Source of the DNA: Azolla caroliniana
Taxonomy: Eukaryota; Plantae; Polypodiophyta
NCBI GenBank assembly: GCA_043228905.1
Contig: JBHGNT010000003.1
Coordinates: 23,932,001 to 23,996,000, forward strand
DNA: 64,000 nucleotides
Direction of reading: 5' to 3'
This document shows positions 60,897 through 64,000 of this stretch, in pieces (the first letter of the stretch is position 1; every line of letters begins with the position of its first letter). The notes under the pieces are model-generated. The model saw only the letters and a program-made list of their open reading frames with translations, did no database searches and had not been told where the DNA came from. Both the position numbers and the translations under genes were made by a program.

Positions 60897-62204
60897 CTAC
60901 TCTTCGCCTGCCGGCCCTTCCTCGGCCTCGGATCGGTCGTCGCTGCTGTCCAGGAGAATCGGGTCGGGTTCGTCGTCGTGCCGCTTCTTGAAAGCTTTGA
61001 TCCTCTTCCCGGCCACGGGTATCGCTATTCTCGTACCGTCGAGCTCCGCCAGATGATACGTCCCGTTGTCGTTGGCGCTCTGTACCGTGTACGGCCCGAA
61101 CCATCTCCGTGCGAACTTCCGCGTTGCTCGGTGCTGGTTGTCGAGGCTGCTGTCGTAGACGAGCACCCAGTCACCTTCGTCGATTTTCTTCGGTCGTAGC
61201 CGGTGCGTTCGGTCGAACCGGGCTTTGTTCTTTGTCCTCGCCACCCGGAGCTTCTCCGTAGCCAGTGCCACGTCCTCCGGTCTCCGCTCGAGCTGTCGTA
61301 TACGTGCGGCCAACAACTCCTCCCGGCTCATCTCGTCCCTCCAGTCGACCGTTGCCCACGAGGAGATCGCCCGTTCAATCGGCATGATCGGCTTCTGGCC
61401 GAACATGAGCTCCGTCGGCATGTACCCGGTTACCGAACTATGCGTGGTCCGGTCTGCCCACAAAGCATAAGGTAGAAGTCGCGGCCAGTTACCGACTTGG
61501 CCTCCGCATGCCCGAACCAGCGCCTTAACGATCGGCCCGTGTCCGCGCTCCACCTTTCCATTCGCCTCCGGGTTGTACGCAGTGGCGAGCGAGAGTTTGA
61601 CTCCCAGCCGATCGAACAGCTCCGCGGCTTCCTCGGCGTCCAACTCCCCTCGGTCAGCCACGATCTTCCCGACGCACCCGTACCGGCATATCACGTCCTC
61701 GATCAGGAACCGACACACGGCCGCGGTCGTCTTGTTCTGAAGGGCTCGGCCTTCCACCTGGTTCGTCAGGTCTTCCCGCGCTAGGACCAGATACCGCATC
61801 TGTCCTACCCCCATCGGCATCATCACCAGATCTACCATCCATTTGAAGTGGATAGTCGGAGGGTACGTAGGGTGAAGCCCGTCCCGGTGTCGGACTATCG
61901 AGTGCATCTGACAACTCTCGCAAGTTGACACGAACCGATGCACGTCCCGGTACAATCCCGGCCACCAGTACTTCCCCTTCAGCTTCTCAAACGTCGCCCA
62001 CGTTCCACGGTGTCCAGCCCAAGGGCTGTCGTGGTAGGCCGCCAGTAGCTCCTCCTGTTCTTCCTTCATCGCCACCACCCGGAGCGGGACGCCGTTCCTC
62101 TTCTTCGGGTGCTTCCACAAATGCCCATCTCGGAGAAGGAATCGATATGCTTTCTTCCGGATCCGGTTGGCCTCGTCCTTCGTCCATGACGCATCGGGCG
62201 TCAT
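60897..62204 (-). CDS. Gypsy G2 integrase (no chromodomain)
   Basis: H-x5-H...C-x2-C, KWMVDL, VADRGEL, YNPEANGKVER, and a WFGPY C-terminal module. Confidence 0.9.
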   Translation of the reverse strand: MTPDASWTKDEANRIRKKAYRFLLRDGHLWKHPKKRNGVPLRVVAMKEEQEELLAAYHDSPWAGHRGTWATFEKLKGKYWWPGLYRDVHRFVSTCESCQMHSIVRHRDGLHPTYPPTIHFKWMVDLVMMPMGVGQMRYLVLAREDLTNQVEGRALQNKTTAAVCRFLIEDVICRYGCVGKIVADRGELDAEEAAELFDRLGVKLSLATAYNPEANGKVERGHGPIVKALVRACGGQVGNWPRLLPYALWADRTTHSSVTGYMPTELMFGQKPIMPIERAISSWATVDWRDEMSREELLAARIRQLERRPEDVALATEKLRVARTKNKARFDRTHRLRPKKIDEGDWVLVYDSSLDNQHRATRKFARRWFGPYTVQSANDNGTYHLAELDGTRIAIPVAGKRIKAFKKRHDDEPDPILLDSSDDRSEAEEGPAGEE

Positions 62205-63982
62205 TGTCTTCTAAAACCCGCCGATCCGCAGCCACTCCCCGTCGTACTTGCTCGCGTCGAACTCGTTAAGCGCCGGAGGGTTATCCCGTCGGTCGTTATG
62301 TATGCCGCCTCGAAGAAATCCACGCCGACTTCTTCGTCTTCCGAAACCATGCCGCCCTCGTCGTCGAACCTCGCCCTCGAAAGCATGTCGGCCATGGCGT
62401 TGTCTTTCCCGGAAATGTGTCGTATTTCTGGGTCCAGGGACTTGATGTACGCTATCCACCTGAGCATCGCCAGGTCCGGAGTCGCGCATCCGGAAACCAT
62501 ACCGAGAATCGGCAGGCAATCCGTCTCGATGATCACTTCTGTCCCTATCAGGTAGTCTTTGTCGGCCTTAACCGCCGAAACAATACCCCAGAGTTCGCGT
62601 TTAACCTGGGCGTATCCTCGCTGCCGTTCACTGAGGACTTTCGCGCCGAATCGGATCGGAAACCGATTGCCGTCCTCGTCTTCCTGGTTCACGACCCATC
62701 CGATCCCGGTCGGACTGGTATCCACCGTTATGAATACCGGGGTACCCTTCCCGTATACCGCCTTCCGGAGTGCCGGTGCCGCTGCAAGGGCCTCTTTCAG
62801 CTTCCGGACCGATTCCGCGTGCTCGTCTAGCCATTCGAACCTTCGCCCCTTTTTCAGCAACCCGTACAGTGGCTCCGCGACGTGTGCGTAATGCGGGATC
62901 CATATGTGGTAGAACGCGCATGCCCCCAGGAATCTCCGTACTTCCGTGACCGAGCTGCAGTCGGGCTTCATCGCGGAGATGGCTTCTACCTTTGCCGGAG
63001 ACGGTTTCCGGCCATATGGTCCGCACAGGTGTCCGACCACCATGATTTCTGACTGCCCGAAGGCCGACTTCTCCCCGGAGAAGGTGAGTCTCGCATCCTC
63101 TAGCCTTTGCAGCACCTTCTCGCAGTCGTCGATGTGCGTCGCCACGAATCGCCGGCATCCGTCCGGCCCGATCGTCTCGTCCTTTTCTTCCACCGGGCAT
63201 CCCTTGATCGGGATGTCGTCCAGAAACGGCATGGTGATGTCCGGGATACAGTCCCTCAGAACCTTGTTCATCGCATTCACCATGTGGGCCACCGAGTTGG
63301 TCCCTCCTTGCGGCAGTGTACACATCCGAACTAGGCCGAGGGGAGTTCGCATCGTCGTAATGTCTCTGCTCTCCACGGCTAGCTGGAACTGGTCGTACCC
63401 TGAGTATAGATCCCCGACCGAGTAAATTGACCTTCCGGCGAAGGCCTCCGCGAACTCGTCTATGGTCGGTCCGATCCCTGCGTTCCGAATGGTCACTCGA
63501 TTGACCGGCTGCAGGTCCTGGATGAAGCGCAACGAACCGTTTTTCTTCGGTACGGTAAACCATCGATTCGAATATGGGGCGCTCGACGGCTCGAGAATTC
63601 CCATATCAACTTTCTGCCTCAGCAGCTCCATCAACTTCGGGATGTGAGCTCTCGGAACCGGGATTGGCTTGAGATTCCATGGTACATGCGGTACCGTGAA
63701 TATCACCATCGGCTCCACGATCGTCGGGTCAACGCACCCGATTTCCTCCGGCGAGAATGCGAAGGCTTTCCCGTGCCTTCCGAGCATTCTCCGAAACCGG
63801 TCTTCCTCCGCCGGCAGTAGGAACCCGCCCCCACCGATTTTGAGCTCTCGGAGCGTCTCGTCGGTGAAGGTGTGCCCTATGCAGGCCGGATCTCGTAGAC
63901 TAGGGTCCGATGCAACCCCTTTGATTCTCGACGCGCTGTCCTCCGGTAAGGGTGCCGCGACTGGCCTTACCTTCCGGTCCAC
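62201..63982 (-). CDS. Gypsy G2 reverse transcriptase-RNase H; separated from INT by a frameshift near 62285 and a stop at 62211
   Basis: DLYSGYDQ, LPQGGTNS, PFLDD, VDTSPTGIG, KRELWG, ETDC, NAMADMLSR. Confidence 0.9.
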   Translation of the reverse strand: MDRKVRPVAAPLPEDSASRIKGVASDPSLRDPACIGHTFTDETLRELKIGGGGFLLPAEEDRFRRMLGRHGKAFAFSPEEIGCVDPTIVEPMVIFTVPHVPWNLKPIPVPRAHIPKLMELLRQKVDMGILEPSSAPYSNRWFTVPKKNGSLRFIQDLQPVNRVTIRNAGIGPTIDEFAEAFAGRSIYSVGDLYSGYDQFQLAVESRDITTMRTPLGLVRMCTLPQGGTNSVAHMVNAMNKVLRDCIPDITMPFLDDIPIKGCPVEEKDETIGPDGCRRFVATHIDDCEKVLQRLEDARLTFSGEKSAFGQSEIMVVGHLCGPYGRKPSPAKVEAISAMKPDCSSVTEVRRFLGACAFYHIWIPHYAHVAEPLYGLLKKGRRFEWLDEHAESVRKLKEALAAAPALRKAVYGKGTPVFITVDTSPTGIGWVVNQEDEDGNRFPIRFGAKVLSERQRGYAQVKRELWGIVSAVKADKDYLIGTEVIIETDCLPILGMVSGCATPDLAMLRWIAYIKSLDPEIRHISGKDNAMADMLSRARFDDEGGMVSEDEEVGVDFFEAAYITTDGITLRRLTSSTRASTTGSGCGSAGFRRQ

Positions 63983-64000
63983 AGTCTTGTACTTGGTGCT

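Larger units (their letters stand above)
60108..64000 (-). mobile_element. GC-rich Ty3/Gypsy element G2 nested in G1 gag (3' LTR 60108-60824; continues beyond the window)
   Basis: LTR TGTCGGGG...TTCATGACA plus PPT. Same family as G1, with long intact ORFs. Confidence 0.92.

Noticed and set aside
54891-63647. Many overlapping ORFs, including 57929-58759 (276 aa) and 62628-63563 (311 aa)
   Set aside because: Shadow or antisense frames of GC-rich Gypsy pol and LTR sequence, with no recognisable motifs.

Overview
Eukaryotic land-plant genomic DNA; the repeat and gene repertoire suggests a non-seed plant such as a fern (inference). The backbone is a tandem/segmental array of five G-type lectin S-domain (SD2-like, non-RD) receptor kinase genes: A(-) intact, B(+) internally deleted and frameshifted, C(-) with one nonsense codon, D(-) intact except for a frameshifted tail, and E(+) disrupted by three LTR insertions. 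The array is heavily invaded by mobile DNA whose ends can be mapped to the base using target-site duplications (TSDs) and empty paralogous sites. These include four Copia elements (one RT-less with identical LTRs, nested in a hAT-type MITE), three solo LTRs, two LINE families (one associated with (CT)n tracts), a processed PPR retrocopy with an 18-bp TSD and A-tail, and nested GC-rich Gypsy elements with a CpG-centred 4-bp TSD. The most unusual item is a hidden 5-coding-exon RING-H2-like gene (52436-49246, minus strand) inside a Copia. Its introns are filled with tandem repeats, a CACTA-like terminus lies upstream, and its last exon reads in frame into the Copia RNase H tail. All coordinates were read by eye; no database searches were run.
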